Shown here piece after piece: positions 27,483 through 40,083 of a DNA stretch of 64,000 bases (position 1 is the first letter of the stretch; every line of letters starts with the position of its first letter). Under the pieces are notes generated by a model. It was given only the letters and a program-made list of their open reading frames with translations. It had not been told where the DNA came from and searched no databases. This DNA comes from Vicugna vicugna (lineage: Eukaryota), in contig MU061579.1 in the NCBI GenBank assembly GCA_013265495.1, positions 1,021,159 to 1,085,158 of the forward strand, given 5' to 3'. The position numbers and the translations under genes were made by a program.

Positions 27483-28929
27483 ACAAGCATCCAAATGCTG
27501 GAACATTTTTCAGGGGAATGTTTGTATTCTTCAAGGCTTCCCCAGCGCCCAAGTCCTTCATGCAGGTCTGGTTTACTCCCTTCTGAGTAGCACTCCTGCC
27601 TCAGCCACAAGTGCACTCTGTGTGTATGTGTGTGTCCCCTGCTGCTACCACCTCTTGGGCAAGGGGACAGTGGTCCTGAGTCAGGTCCTGATACTGTGGT
27701 TCTGCAGTGCTAACACTTGATTCTCAGAATAGTCACACATTCTTGATCCATCACAAATGGAGGAAGTGCCATCACCCAGGTAGCTGTGTTCAACTTGATA
27801 TTTCTAATTCATAGGTAAGCACAAGGGCAGATCATCGAGAGGGTTCCTTGTAGTCTTTAAAGTGGCATATTGAGGGCTACTCACTTCCAAACATGCACTG
27901 GACAGAGAAGAAGTAATATCTTACTGCTGCACTGCCCTGCCTCTGCTTATTTCTCTGAATAGGCAGGGAGGGTGGGCATTGAAGTAGTGACTGGTGATGG
28001 TGTAGTCTCTTCTTACAAATCTTGTTCATTTTTAGAAAAAGGCATCTGGCCCTGATACTGGCAACTTCAAATAGTCTCAATTTAGAAGATTATTTTCCTT
28101 TTTTAAAAAGTAATAGTCATAATCGGAGTCAAGCCTCCATTCTATACCCTGTTATAATGGTAAGCTAAAGTGTAAGATTACTGGTAATGCAATTCTCTTA
28201 AAGGAAAATGTGGCTTATATAATCAGTCAACTTACCATTTCACAAACACTGCCACAAGTTTCACAAACAATTATATATATTTAACAGGTGGGAGCAGCTT
28301 GTGACAAAAAAAAAGTGTCGTGTCAAGGGAAGAAAACAAATCTTCAAAAAAGAGTATTTTAAATGGTAAAAAACAAACAGTAAGGAACGATTCAAAATTT
28401 CAAAAGATGTGGTGCCACCTAAGAGAATCACCAGAGCATGACTTGGACTTTGAAAGGATTTTCCACTTTAAGAAAAAATAATTTTATTTTACACTCAGAA
28501 AGCAATTTCCTATTTTTAAAACGGCATGTCTAGCTTTGACATTAAACTAATATGTATTGATTCCTATCTCTCTGGTTGTACTAGAGAATATTGATTCGTA
28601 TGTTTAAAAAATTATTGACACCCTTATCACAGTGTTTCTGAAATTAGTATTTTAACATTTTCAAGAAAGCACTAATCTATTCAATCAGTAGATTAATATT
28701 CTGCCCTCAAAATTCACATTTGCGAGGAAAGGGAAGGGAAAGAAGACCTCTAGAAGACTGCAGAATTTTGTCTTAACTTTTCCCCTTTCGTGCAGTCATT
28801 TGTCCTGTGGACTCATTACTGTGAATCCTCGTGTTATGTGGAACAATTGATGAATATTGGACATACATGCTTAGAAAAATGCAAATCTTTTTCTAACTAT
28901 ATGATACAGGTATAGCAAAGCATTCTTTG

Positions 28930-29125
28930 TGCGTATGACGTGCCAAGCTCTAGAAGTCTAATGTCTATTAATGTATTTAATATTCACAACAACCCTACAA
29001 TATAGATATTATTTTGCAGTTGGACAACTAAAGTAGAGAGATATCCAGAGATATTCCCAAAGCAACAGCTTACAAGCAATAAAGGTAGTGCCTGAGTCTA
29101 GGCATTTGGCTTTAGAATATCCTTT
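28930..29125 (-). mobile_element. MIR SINE
   Basis: 'tttaatattcacaacaaccctacaatatagatattattttgcagttggacaactaaag...gagtctaggcatttggctttagaa'. Confidence 0.6.
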
Positions 29126-29859
29126 TACCTACAATAAAGTAGTGTCTGTAAATGTCAAAGTATTTAACACCTGCTTTTGTTGCAGTGATGGTGTTATTAC
29201 GGGTTTAGGGATTTGTTTTCTTAGTTAAACCAGAAACTGTTTTAAAGAATGTATTTGTCTAGGACTTAATACAATTATTAGGGAGGAGGAAGTGAAGAAA
29301 GAAAAAGGAGGAGAAAGGAGGGGAGGTGAAATGAGGGGAGGAAAGGAGAAAGTAGTGAAAGAGAGGAAGAAAGCTTTTTCCTGTTAACTAAAGCTGAACC
29401 AAAATTTATTTACATTTCACATCTCATGTCAAGATTCAAAACCATTTTGCCTGCCCTGTGCGGTTTATAGAGAAACTGACTACCTTACACACTGTTACAA
29501 AAGCATAAGCAGACTTGTTTAGAGAATGAATCTCAGAATTAGAAACCCTCAGACTCTTATGAAACCATTGTATTTCTCCCCTCATGATTGCTGATTGCTT
29601 TAATATTATACCTTTTTAAAAAACATTTTTCTCTGATGATAAAGGAAAGTAAATAAACCACCTTGCTCTGATTAACTCAGCTCCGTGGATATGTGTACCA
29701 GATATTAGGTAGTTCGGGTCAGTTATAGTTTTGCTGATGAAGATAAACTTCAATCTTCATACTTAAAATCTCAATGAGTTACTTACCATTGAGCAGAAGA
29801 GGACCCTGTTTTCTATATGCAAATTTACCCTCAAACGGTCACATTATGTACAGTATAGT

Positions 29860-29995
29860 GGTCAAAGTTTCTATGCCTGCTAGGCTGTTAATCCCTTGAG
29901 ATCAGCGAAAATAGCTATTTATATCTATGCCCTTAATATGTAGGGCTTTAATACCATGTATAGTGAGTACTCATTAAATGCATGTTTTATCTATT
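29860..29995 (+). mobile_element. L2 3' end fragment
   Basis: 'ctaggctgttaatcccttgagatcag...catgtatagtgagtactcattaaatgcatgtt'. Confidence 0.55.
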
Positions 29996-30084
29996 TGAAT
30001 TATTTGAATACCATTTGGAGTCAAAATGTTCTGATGAGAAAATATTGTTAAAAGTTTATACATATTCTTTACTAGAACAATATC

Positions 30085-30340
30085 CATCAATTATTTATTC
30101 ATTTATTTGACATATATTTATTAGGAACTTTCTATCTGTGAGATCTGTGCTTGACTTTAGAGATACATTGCTTGAAAAAAAATCCACAGTTGGTAGCTTC
30201 AAGTAGCTTATTGTTTGTTAGAAAAAGCATACATTGTGTACATACATATAAAAGAGTAATGGTCATACAAATGACATAGAACAAAGTATGATGTTTGTAG
30301 TGATAGGAAAAAATACATGTTATATTAGAGGGAAGAACAT
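30085..30340 (-). mobile_element. L2 3' end fragment
   Basis: 'ttattcatttatttgacatatatttattaggaactttctatctgtgagatctgtgct...gagataca...ttcaagtagcttat'. Confidence 0.55.
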
Positions 30341-31039
30341 TAAACACCCACGGTTTTGGGTGTTATGACATCTGCCCAAGTTTGCCCTCACCTGCTCATC
30401 TTTTCACACATCAGTTTTTGGAGAACTGCGTCAGAAAGAGTTGTTTTCATACAATATAACCCAGTTTTGTAGCCCCAGTAGATACCATCAGAGGTAGAAA
30501 CATGATCCAACCTGAGACAATCAGAATTTTTCCTTAAGGATTAGAATGGGAAAAGTAATGATTACACAAATGTTTCCAAAATGAAGTTGGCATTACTGGA
30601 CCCCAATACACGATGATAAAAATAAAAGTTAATTTATTGTCAGGCAAGTAACTTAAATTCAAGACAAAAAAGAGGTTTCAAAAAAATTAGAGGCATGTGA
30701 TTGCTTGGCTAGAGATTTTGACATATAATCTATCAGCAGGAAATTGAAATTGTAAATGACTTAGAACTTGGTTGACACCATCTTAAAAATATCTATCTTA
30801 AGAAAGTTTACTTGAAGATTTTGAGCTGAAATTTTCATACAATAATCTAATCTAATGCTGGCTAACTCAGTGCTTTAGAGATGACCAAACACATAGTACT
30901 TCATATATAGGTGTTGGATTGAATTGAATCTAATTCACAACATCCCTGACAAATATTTGACAAGTTTACTTAAATTTCAAAATATATATAAGATGCGAAG
31001 TTAAAACATTTTTGCACATGGGAAAAATTAAGTGTCCAA

Positions 31040-31540
31040 TTTCTTATATAATTAACACCATTGAAGTTAAGAATTTTTAAAAGTGACTTAAAATAGTGAA
31101 AACATTGCTTATAATGTTAGTGGTGGTGTTAATTTGTACATTTGTGGCAAGTAATTTAGTAAAAGCCTTAGCAGTTTCTAATATTCAAGTCAGAAATTTT
31201 AGTTCTAGGAATGTATTTTATAGAAGTAATTGTGGATGTAAGATATAGCTATAACTTTGCTCATTCCAATATAGTTTGCAATGGAAAATTTTTCTAAACA
31301 ACCTGATTGTTGAAGAATAGGAAATTGATTGAATACATTTTCATAGACCATTGCCGTATAATACCATGCAGTCATTAAACATTATGTTGTGGAATTATAT
31401 TTAATGGCTTGGAAAATGGTCATGAGTCAATGTTAACCAAGAAGCAGATTACAAAATAGCACATAGAGAAAAATGCCATTTAATTTATATATATCACATA
31501 CCTGGGGTGATTTTTCTTTCTTTATTCTGTTTCACTGCTT
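31040..31540 (+). mobile_element. Old L1 (L1ME-type) 3' fragment
   Basis: 'ttctaggaatgtattttatagaagtaatt...aaacaacctgattgttgaagaataggaaattgattgaatacatt...ataccatgcagtcattaaa'. Confidence 0.6.
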
Positions 31541-31569
31541 CAATTTTTTTTTCCTTCCATGTCTACACT

Positions 31570-31965
31570 TGACTAGTTATGATGGGCTAGGCTATACTGT
31601 GGTAGCAGGCAGGCCCTTAATCACAATGACTAAATATAATAAAGATTTAGTTCTCACTTGTGCAAATCACACTGCTTGTCCAAAGGAATCTCCGGGGAAA
31701 TGTTCCTCCAGCAACCCAGAATGCTTTAGTTTTGTAGCTCCATAATTTCAGCCTAAGTTCCTCTCTGCAGCCACAGTGGCAAAGAAAGATAATCTAGAAC
31801 CTTACATAGAAGCTTTTCACTGTCTCACCAGAAACATATCATTTCTTTCCATGGTCCAAAGGCTAAAGTTTGTCATGTGGCCCCACCAACTGTAAGGGGT
31901 TTGAGAAGGACTTTCATTCATCTGTTGATCCAGAAATGAGGGGTAGACATTGGTGAACTTTAGTA
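31570..31965 (-). mobile_element. MaLR LTR (MLT1I/J-like)
   Basis: 'tagttatgatgggctaggctatactgtggtagca...aaagatttagttctcact...gtcatgtggccccaccaactgtaagggg'. Confidence 0.65.
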
Positions 31966-33124
31966 ATGGAGAAAAAATGGTTATTATATACAAATTAAAA
32001 AGAAAAAACTTCAGAAGCTATATTTAAATCAAGAAAGAAAGGGAAGCATGAACTCACAACTTGGAGACATAGGGAAAATATCAACAGTTCTTAAGGGGTA
32101 AAACATAATTTTAACTTATGCATTACAAGTGTTTTTAGTCTCAAGAGGCATATTTCAATATGAAAGTTCTATTTAGCATCTTACAGATGGGGAAATACCT
32201 AAAAATGACAAATGATTAAATAATTTAAATCAAATTGTCTTAAATTAATTTTAACTTCAAGATATAAATTACATCCCAGGATAAAGAAAGAATGTTGACC
32301 TTGGAGTCAGTAACAATCATTAAAATTAGGCGTCAAAAAGAGAAATTTAAAAATACTTGAATTTGAAGTATATGATAAAGGGATTCAAGATTACCCTGAA
32401 GAATATGATAAATACGCTGGATGATAATTCTGACCACAATTTTAAAACAATAGTTTTTGAGCATCTACAAAATAGCATGATAATGATTAGTAGTAATATT
32501 GTTTTAAATAAAATATTAAAATTAAAAGGGATCTTTAAATTTTTGTATTAATTTCTGCTCAACCTTATCTAGTTTATAACCATGTCTGTCTAAAAATAAC
32601 AACAATTATATATAAACACTTAGGACATTAAAGATAACTAATAAATTAATTTGGACTTGCATATGTTATGTAAACTGAGCATGAGTGGATATTTTGATAA
32701 TATTAAATCTTTCCTTCTTAATAATTTTTAGAAGTCTATTTGGCTTAGTTTTGTTCAAGATATCGTGTATATGATTACTGCAAATTGGTTTAACATGACT
32801 ATTAATTCAATTAATTTATTTTCCAGCTTGTTTTTTGTGTCTCTCCTTTCATTTTGACAGTTAGGCACCAAAATACAGGAAATATTTTGGTGGCTAATGC
32901 ATGATGTTGTTGAAAAAATATTGAGAAAAATTCTTGATTAAAATTCCAAAATAAAAAAATATTAAATTAATTTTATTTTTAAGATGTTTTACTGAGGTCA
33001 AATGAACATATAAAATGTTTGATCTCTTTCAAATTGTATCAAAACTGTTACAAAGACAAATCTCTGTTCTATGATCAGAATTCTAGTCAAGTATAGTGAC
33101 TGGCTATTTCTTAATGCTATGGGG

Positions 33125-33318
33125 GTAGGATCAGCCAAACTACACCTGTGGGTTAAATCCAGTCTGCCATCTGTTTTTAAAAACAATTTTAATTAAAAAC
33201 AGCCATATAATTCATTTAGATATATTTTATGCTGTTTTGTGCTATAAAAGCAGAATTGAGTAATTGAGACAGACAACTTATGACTGATCCTGTGCAGAAA
33301 ATATTTGCTGAGACTTGC
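33125..33318. mobile_element. MER58A-like hAT-Charlie DNA transposon fossil
   Basis: 'caaactacacctgtgggttaaatccagtctgccatctgttttt...gcagaattgagtaattgagacagac...cagaaaatatttgctga'. Confidence 0.75.
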
Positions 33319-34404
33319 TTTATGGGAACCTTATAGTTTTTATTTACTTGGTAAATAGTGTACTTGTTCAACAGTGTATGACTACATGAATCAGTATATT
33401 TAAAAGTAAACCCAAATAAGGAATTTTAAATTCAATCTCTGAAATTTAAAAATAACAACAAATGGCTACTATTCTTTGAAACATAATTCATATTTTTTAT
33501 TTTTTTCACTTTTTTATAATTATATTGCCAACCTTAGTAGTCTTTGCTAAAATTTCTTTAATTTACTATCAGTTATAAAACACTGATACAATCTTTAGTA
33601 GAACTGTATCTCATCCTCATTGTGTGATTAAAGAATAAATGCCTTCAAAAGCAAAAATTTTAAAAGCCAAATACAGTTGACTATACATTTTCTACTTTCT
33701 TTCAACTTATATAATATACGTGAACATCTTACCAATATACAACTATTTCTATATGGCAATGTGACTATGGGAATAGAGTTAGACAACATTTATGACAGAT
33801 ATTGTATTATTGTCTTTGCATTAATTAATTTAGCCATCTTTAACAGACTACTTTAAGAATCTCAGTAAAGCAGCATAATGAAAAACGATCTGAAAATAGA
33901 TCAATGTGCATAGAACTATTTGAAATTTTACATATTATACAAATTTACATGTCAATTTACCAGTTGTAACTATTAAGTAATGTGTTTTGTGTGTTTGTAT
34001 GGATGTGTGTGAAGATATGGGTGTGTTCTAAGTAACAACCTACAATTTATAGATATCAATTCTAAATTGTGAAAGATGCATCTAACTTTTAATTCCAATA
34101 ATAAAGGGAAAACTCTGTCAAATATGAGCCAGATTTTTAAATTCCTTTAATCAAAACTCTCTTCCAGTTCCCATATAATTAAGGTAAACATCAAGGTGAC
34201 AAAATTACTCCTTTAATCTCATCTTTTATTAATCTCCCAATTTTTTATTCTGTTTCAATCACATTCTTTCATAAATTCATTTTAAATCTTTTGTACTGAC
34301 TAACCTTCTATGCCTTGAGTACTCTTCCTAAGATATCTACATAGCTCACTTCCTCATTTGTTCACATGTTTGATTAAAAAAAAAATCAATATTTCTCTTG
34401 GTGA

Positions 34405-34760
34405 AGCTTTGCTGGTAAGTGATTCCCTAAGTCTGTATTTATCTAAATGCACTCCTATTTTGACTTCACTTTTCAATACTATTTTCTGTGGATGTAAAAT
34501 TGTAGTTTGACAGATATTTTCCTTCCATCGTTAAACCATTTTACTCTATTGTTTTCTGACTTTCATCATTTCCATTGATAAGCCAGGTATTAATTTTTGA
34601 TTCTCCTTGGTAATAACGTGCCTTTTAAGATTTTTCCCTCTGTTCTTGTTTTTCAGCATAATGATGTGCCTAAGTGAAGTTGCCCTACTTGGCATTCACA
34701 GTACTTCTTGAATTTAAGGATTCAGTGTTTGAACCTGTTTCAACAATTGTGAGCAATAGT
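34405..34760 (-). mobile_element. Old L1 ORF1-region fragment
   Basis: 'ttcacttttcaatactattttctgtggatgtaaaattgtagtttgacag...ttgttttctgactttcatcatttccattgataagcca'. Confidence 0.6.
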
Positions 34761-34887
34761 CCAGGGAAGGGTGAAGCTGTGACCAGTTAGGAACTAGGAG
34801 ATGAGTGCAATGGCTGGTGATGGAAATCTAGATGGGGTACCAATTGTGTTTATTCCAAGCTTGTTACCATGTTGTTTGATGTAAGAA

Positions 34888-35101
34888 TCAGAAGCTATGC
34901 CACATGGGTCAAATAGAGCTTACAACCTATTTTGAAAGTAATATTTTATTGGATTGCAGTCACACCCATTTGTTTAGATATCATCTAGGGCTATTTTCAC
35001 ACTAAAATAAGAAAGTTGAGGACTTAATACAAAGACCATATGATTTACAAAATCTAAATATATATTGTCTAGCCCTCTACAGAAAAAGTTTGCAAAGCTC
35101 T
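34888..35101. mobile_element. MER58A-like hAT-Charlie DNA transposon fossil
   Basis: 'ttttattggattgcagtcacacccatttgtttagatatcatctagggct...gccctctacagaaaaagtttgc'. Confidence 0.75.
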
Positions 35102-35104
35102 AGT

Positions 35105-35350
35105 ATAGAGAAATAATATGGTCTTTGGAGTCAGGCTAACTTGTAAAAAAAAAAAAGTCTAGTTCTAACATATACTAAAACCTTTCACATTTCATTTACC
35201 TTTTCTGAACCTTGCTTGATCTTCATATACAGTGGTAATAGTATTTACCTAATAGAATTATTACGAAAAATAAAGAAGAGAATGCATGTGAAAAGCCAGA
35301 CATGACAGTGTGGTGCATAATGTGCACTCAGACTATGTAATTCAATCAAT
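35105..35350 (+). mobile_element. MIR SINE
   Basis: 'tctttggagtcaggctaact...tttaccttttctgaacct...aatgcatgtgaaaagc...tggtgcataatgtgcactca'. Confidence 0.55.
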
Positions 35351-36396
35351 TTAATGTTCATTTGTATTTGTTCACGATAGACAAGTTCAAGGCACAGATA
35401 TCTCAAGTCTGGAATATTGTAATAACTAACTGGATATCTGTCTACCTTTTCCATTTTCTTTTCTCTTCAATCTAATCTTTATATGACTGTATTTAATAGC
35501 GATTTGCGTTTTCATGTTACGGCATAATATGAACAGACATTCTCTCCTGATACAAGATTTTTTCTTTTCCTTTGCTTCATTCAACACAGTGACTTTGCCC
35601 ATTTTAGAATGAAAGGGACTTTCTCTAGTGCAGAATAAGTCCATGATGAATAGCCAAATGTGTTATATGAAGACTTAATACTTCTGGTAATTCAAGAAGG
35701 GGAAATTGAGTTTTTGTTGTTGTTATTAATGACTCAGGGCACTAAAATGTCCTGTTTGCGATGGGTCATTAAAGAGCTTTTTGACTGAGCATAAAGGGCT
35801 TTTGTGATAAATGTATATAATGGACAAAATAGATATTCAGGGGACAATTTAAGAAGAAATGAACCGCCCAAATATTAGGAGATCTCAGCCTGGGATATCA
35901 TCCAGTAAAGCTGGCAAGAGAGGTAACCACTGCTTGAACCTTGCTGGCTCAAGATCCAATCTACTTGATCTCCTTGTCCTCAGCTACATGGAAAATTAAA
36001 CTTGCCTGGATTCTAACAAAGTGGCACTAAATGCCTATTCTTCTCATGAGTGGAAAATTAATTTGTTTTCTGTTAAAGTGCTCTTCCCAGCCATATGCAC
36101 AATGGAAGTGATGCCCAACCTACATCATATTTTTCACAGTGTTACCTTTGGGGTACTTCATAAAGATTCCTCCCAACAACAGTTTCCTGCAGGAAAACTT
36201 GAGGACCCTTGGTTACTGTGAAGGAGAATCTTGATTTAAATATAGTGAAAGCCATGAGCTAGGGCATTATGGAGGGGCATTGCTATTCATGTTGTTTTGC
36301 AGGCTACTTTATGCGAAGTTTCATGTTTTGCATTAAGCTTCTTTATCAATTTTTTTGGGGGGTGAGGATTAGTATACCTCAACGCATTGTATAAGA

Positions 36397-36570
36397 CATT
36401 GGTTCTCAACTGTAACATGTATCAAAAGTCATCTGAAGTGTTCGTAAAAACCCAGAACAAGGGACCCTGACCACAGAGTTTCTGGTTTAGTAGAACTAGG
36501 GTGGATTCTGATATTTTTAAGTCTAAAAATTCCCTAGGTGAATCTGGTGCTGGTGATGACACAATTGGGG
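36397..36570. mobile_element. MER5A-like DNA transposon fossil
   Basis: 'cattggttctcaact...cagagtttctggtttagtagaactagggtgg...aattccctaggtgaatctggtgctg'. Confidence 0.7.
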
Positions 36571-38132
36571 AGGTATTGATATAACAGAGAAAACACAGAA
36601 AGGATGGTTTTATTATGCAATATTCTGTGGGAAAATACTTGAATTTTCCATTCTGGTGCACAATCTTTGCTGCAATAGCCTCAGCTATTGTACCTAGTTC
36701 AAATATCCATTTAGTATCTTTTGCAGACATTATTAAAATTTAAAATGGATTCATCATATTTTATCAAGTCCTCACAATCAAGTTAAAATATACAATTTAC
36801 CTGTTAAACTTAAAAATTTAGATATATGTACATGTGTATGTATATATGTGTGTGTATGTGTTTATATGTATATATATCATATATATAATATTGTATGTAC
36901 ATATATGTTTATCAAAAAATATCAAATCTAAACTTAGTGCCATTTATTCCATTGTAACTCACTCAGATATGATTTAAGCTGTGTCTCTAAGCTGATCTGT
37001 CTTCATTTTCTCACCTGGTTCTGGATAATTCATTGACTCCATGCATTTTTGTTTGCCACATAATTAAATTAGGAATAGCTACTTCAAAAACATGATGGTC
37101 TGTTTATCCTTCTTCCTGCCTCGTTCCCTTCTTATTTTTATAAACCATTTTTATTAGATTGAAGAAAAATTCCCTCTTTTTACAATCATTGCTTTTTCAT
37201 CTTTCAACCATGAGTTTTGTTTTCATAGTGCTAATTATTCTTCATTTTCATTAACACAGATATTAACTATGCTAACATTTTCAATTTGTACTCTTCAAAA
37301 TGACAGCTGCAGAGTGTTGTTGCATCTTTTTTTTTTAATATTTTTTTCTGGTCTGAATTAAGGTACAAGGTATTGATCTTTGTAGTGCTGGACCAGTGGA
37401 AGGGGTTTACAGCTCCTGGATTTTTGGTGGAAAGAGAACTCTTTCAGGTTTTATGCAAATTGAAAAAAATCTTTACTCCTAGTTACAAATAATTGATATT
37501 TTTTGTTTTAAGATGAGCAACCATCCCGCACACTGTAGTCTCCTATGATTAATTATGTTAATATCACAATGCAGGGCACAAATTAGACACTTATTTGTTG
37601 ACTAATTCTTCAAGTCATAATCAACTTGAATTATGTTACTAGTTTTATCAAATGACTGTTATAAAGTTAAAGAAAAAGGCCTAAACACTGAAGAACATAC
37701 TGAAGAATTCACTGTGACATATGGCTTATATAACAGAAATGAAAAGACATCAGTGCATGGATAATAAGCTCTTTGGAAAGAATTTTGTTTTCTCCAGCTT
37801 TTTTGAATTTTTAAAGTTCAATAAATAGATTAGCTTTTTAATAGCTCCACTCAAAATAATTTATTTGCTGATGAATATCATACATGAAAAAAATTCCATT
37901 TTTCCTTAATCTTTTCTTTGTTATATTAAACAACTAAAACAAATTTTTGTTAGTTTGTAGACAATCAAGCCTTATATTTTCCTTTTTAAGGAAAATTTAT
38001 TCTTTCAGAAGAAAATGCTCATTTGGTTATATATGAAGTTAGTAATAGATCTTCAACTTCTGTTGATTTGGATTAGTTATTTGTTGGGAATGGAAAATTT
38101 TTAAAAATTGTTTTCAATAAAGTACAGTATGT

Positions 38133-39180
38133 AAAAGATGAGACTGCAAGGGCTTGATTTCGAGAATATATAAACAGATCATAAGACTTAATAAGAAAAA
38201 AATAAGCAACCCAATCCAAAAATGGGCAGAAGACCTAAACAAGCAATTCTCCAATGAAGACATATGAATGGCCAATAGGCACATGAAAAATGCTAAATAC
38301 CACTAATTATCAGAGAAATGCAAATCAAAACTGCAATGAGTTATCACCTCACATCAGTCAGTATGGTCATTATTCAAAAGTACACAAATGATAAATGCTG
38401 AAGAGGGTGTGGAGAAAGAGGAACCCTCTTATATTGTTGGTGGGAATGCAGCCATTGTGGAAAAGAGTATGGAGATTCCACAAAAGACTAAATATAGACT
38501 TACCATATGACCCAGCAATCCCACTCCTGGGCATATATCAAGAGGGAATCTTAATTCAAAAATACACCTGCACCCCAATGTTCATAGCAGCATTATTTAC
38601 AATAGCAAAGACATGGACACAACCTAAATGTCCATCAACAGATGACTGGATAAAGAAGATGTGGTATATTTATACAATGAAATACTACTCAGCCATAAAA
38701 AATGATAAAATATTACCATCTACTGCAACATGGATATCCCTGGAGCCATAAAAAATGATAAAATACTGCCATTTACTGCAACATGGATGTCTAAGTGAAG
38801 TAAGCCAGAAAGAGAAAGAAAAATACCATTTGATATCATTCATATGTAGAATCTAAAAAGAAAAAGACAAATGAACTTATATATAAAGCAGAAACAGACT
38901 CATAGACATAGAACACAAACTTATGGTTACCAGGGAGAAAAGGGGTGACAAGGGGTAAATTGGGAGTTTGAGATTTGCAGATACTGACTGGTATATATAA
39001 AATAGATAAAGAAATTTATACTGTATAGCACAGGGAAATATATTCAATAACTTGTAGTAACTTATGGTGAAAAAGAATATAAAAATGAATATATGTATAT
39101 TCATGTATGACTGAAGCATTGTGCTGTACACCAGAAATTGACACAAAATTATAAACTGCCATATCCCAATTAAAAAAAAA
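38133..39180 (+). mobile_element. 5'-truncated lineage-specific L1 (ORF2 C-terminus, 3' UTR, poly-A)
   Basis: ORF 38395-38751 encodes '[13 protein letters not shown]...TCTPMFIAALFTIAKTW.QPKCPSTDDWIKKMWYIYT', the L1 ORF2 C-terminus; cetartiodactyl-type 3' UTR 'tgtatgactgaagcattgtgctgtacaccagaaattgacac' and A tail. Confidence 0.95.
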
Positions 39181-39849
39181 TGTATAGCATCTTCTTTATC
39201 ATGTGTTCTCAGAATTGGACTTCTCTAGGAACAAAACAAATGATGAGCTTAAAATTAATAGCAAGCCAAGCTGTCCATAGACATGAGATGTCTGGACACA
39301 CAATTTTATGATTAAAATTTCTAACATCCAGAGTTATAATTATAAACAAGCTCTACTTCACGGTTCTCATGTCATTGGAATAATTATTGTTTAACCACTA
39401 CCCTCTTTATAAAATAGAAAATAAATGATTTCAAACAAAACTCATCATTCAATTTGTGATTAATTGATATAATTAGAGTAGATTTTGTCATTTTATCTTT
39501 CTGAACTGATAATAATATGAAAAATGTGTAGCTACTTTGCATTCTCTTTCTTGAAATATTTGCCAAACTGGTTTATAGACTGGAGAAAGCATGTTCTTGG
39601 GTTTTAAGATTATTTATAGAAGTTGTTCAGTTTTTCATATATATGCTAGGGAGATTTCCATATAAATTTTGATGTTTTTATTGTGGTATTTTTCAGAGAT
39701 TTATGGTAGATTTAGATCTGTATATGATTTGTCTCAATAAATAATGATTGTTGAAGACACACACATTCTACTTGTCTTCTACAATTCCTAACACAGTAAT
39801 TTCACAATATTATGATTATTTGAGATAAATTTTAGGAATTAATCTAAAG

Positions 39850-40083
39850 CAGTGGTTCTAAAATGGATTAATTTTGCTCTTAGAGTAAGTTTAACAATGT
39901 CTACAGGAATTTTTGGTTGTTACAAATGGTGTGGCAGGAGGGGGTGTGGGGGGGTTGCTATTGCCACCTAATGAATAGAGAAGCCAGGGATGCTGCTACA
40001 CATCCTATAATGTACAGGACATTTCCCCATAATAAACAATGATCTATTTAGAAATGCCAATAATGCTGATGTTGTTAAGACTG
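39850..40083. mobile_element. MER20 hAT-Charlie DNA transposon fossil
   Basis: 'cagtggttct...tttttggttgttacaa...agccagggatgctgctacacatcctataatgtacaggaca...aaatgccaataatgctga'. Confidence 0.85.

Noticed and set aside
27720..27820. Possible exon ending in AG/GTAAGC
   Set aside because: Weak acceptor and no recognisable coding content
38395..38751. 118-aa ORF as a gene
   Set aside because: It is the C-terminal fragment of L1 ORF2 in a 5'-truncated, frameshifted copy; the same applies to 63696-63986
39958..39978. CTCF-like 'tgccacctaatga' in MER20
   Set aside because: Partial match only, with key positions degenerate
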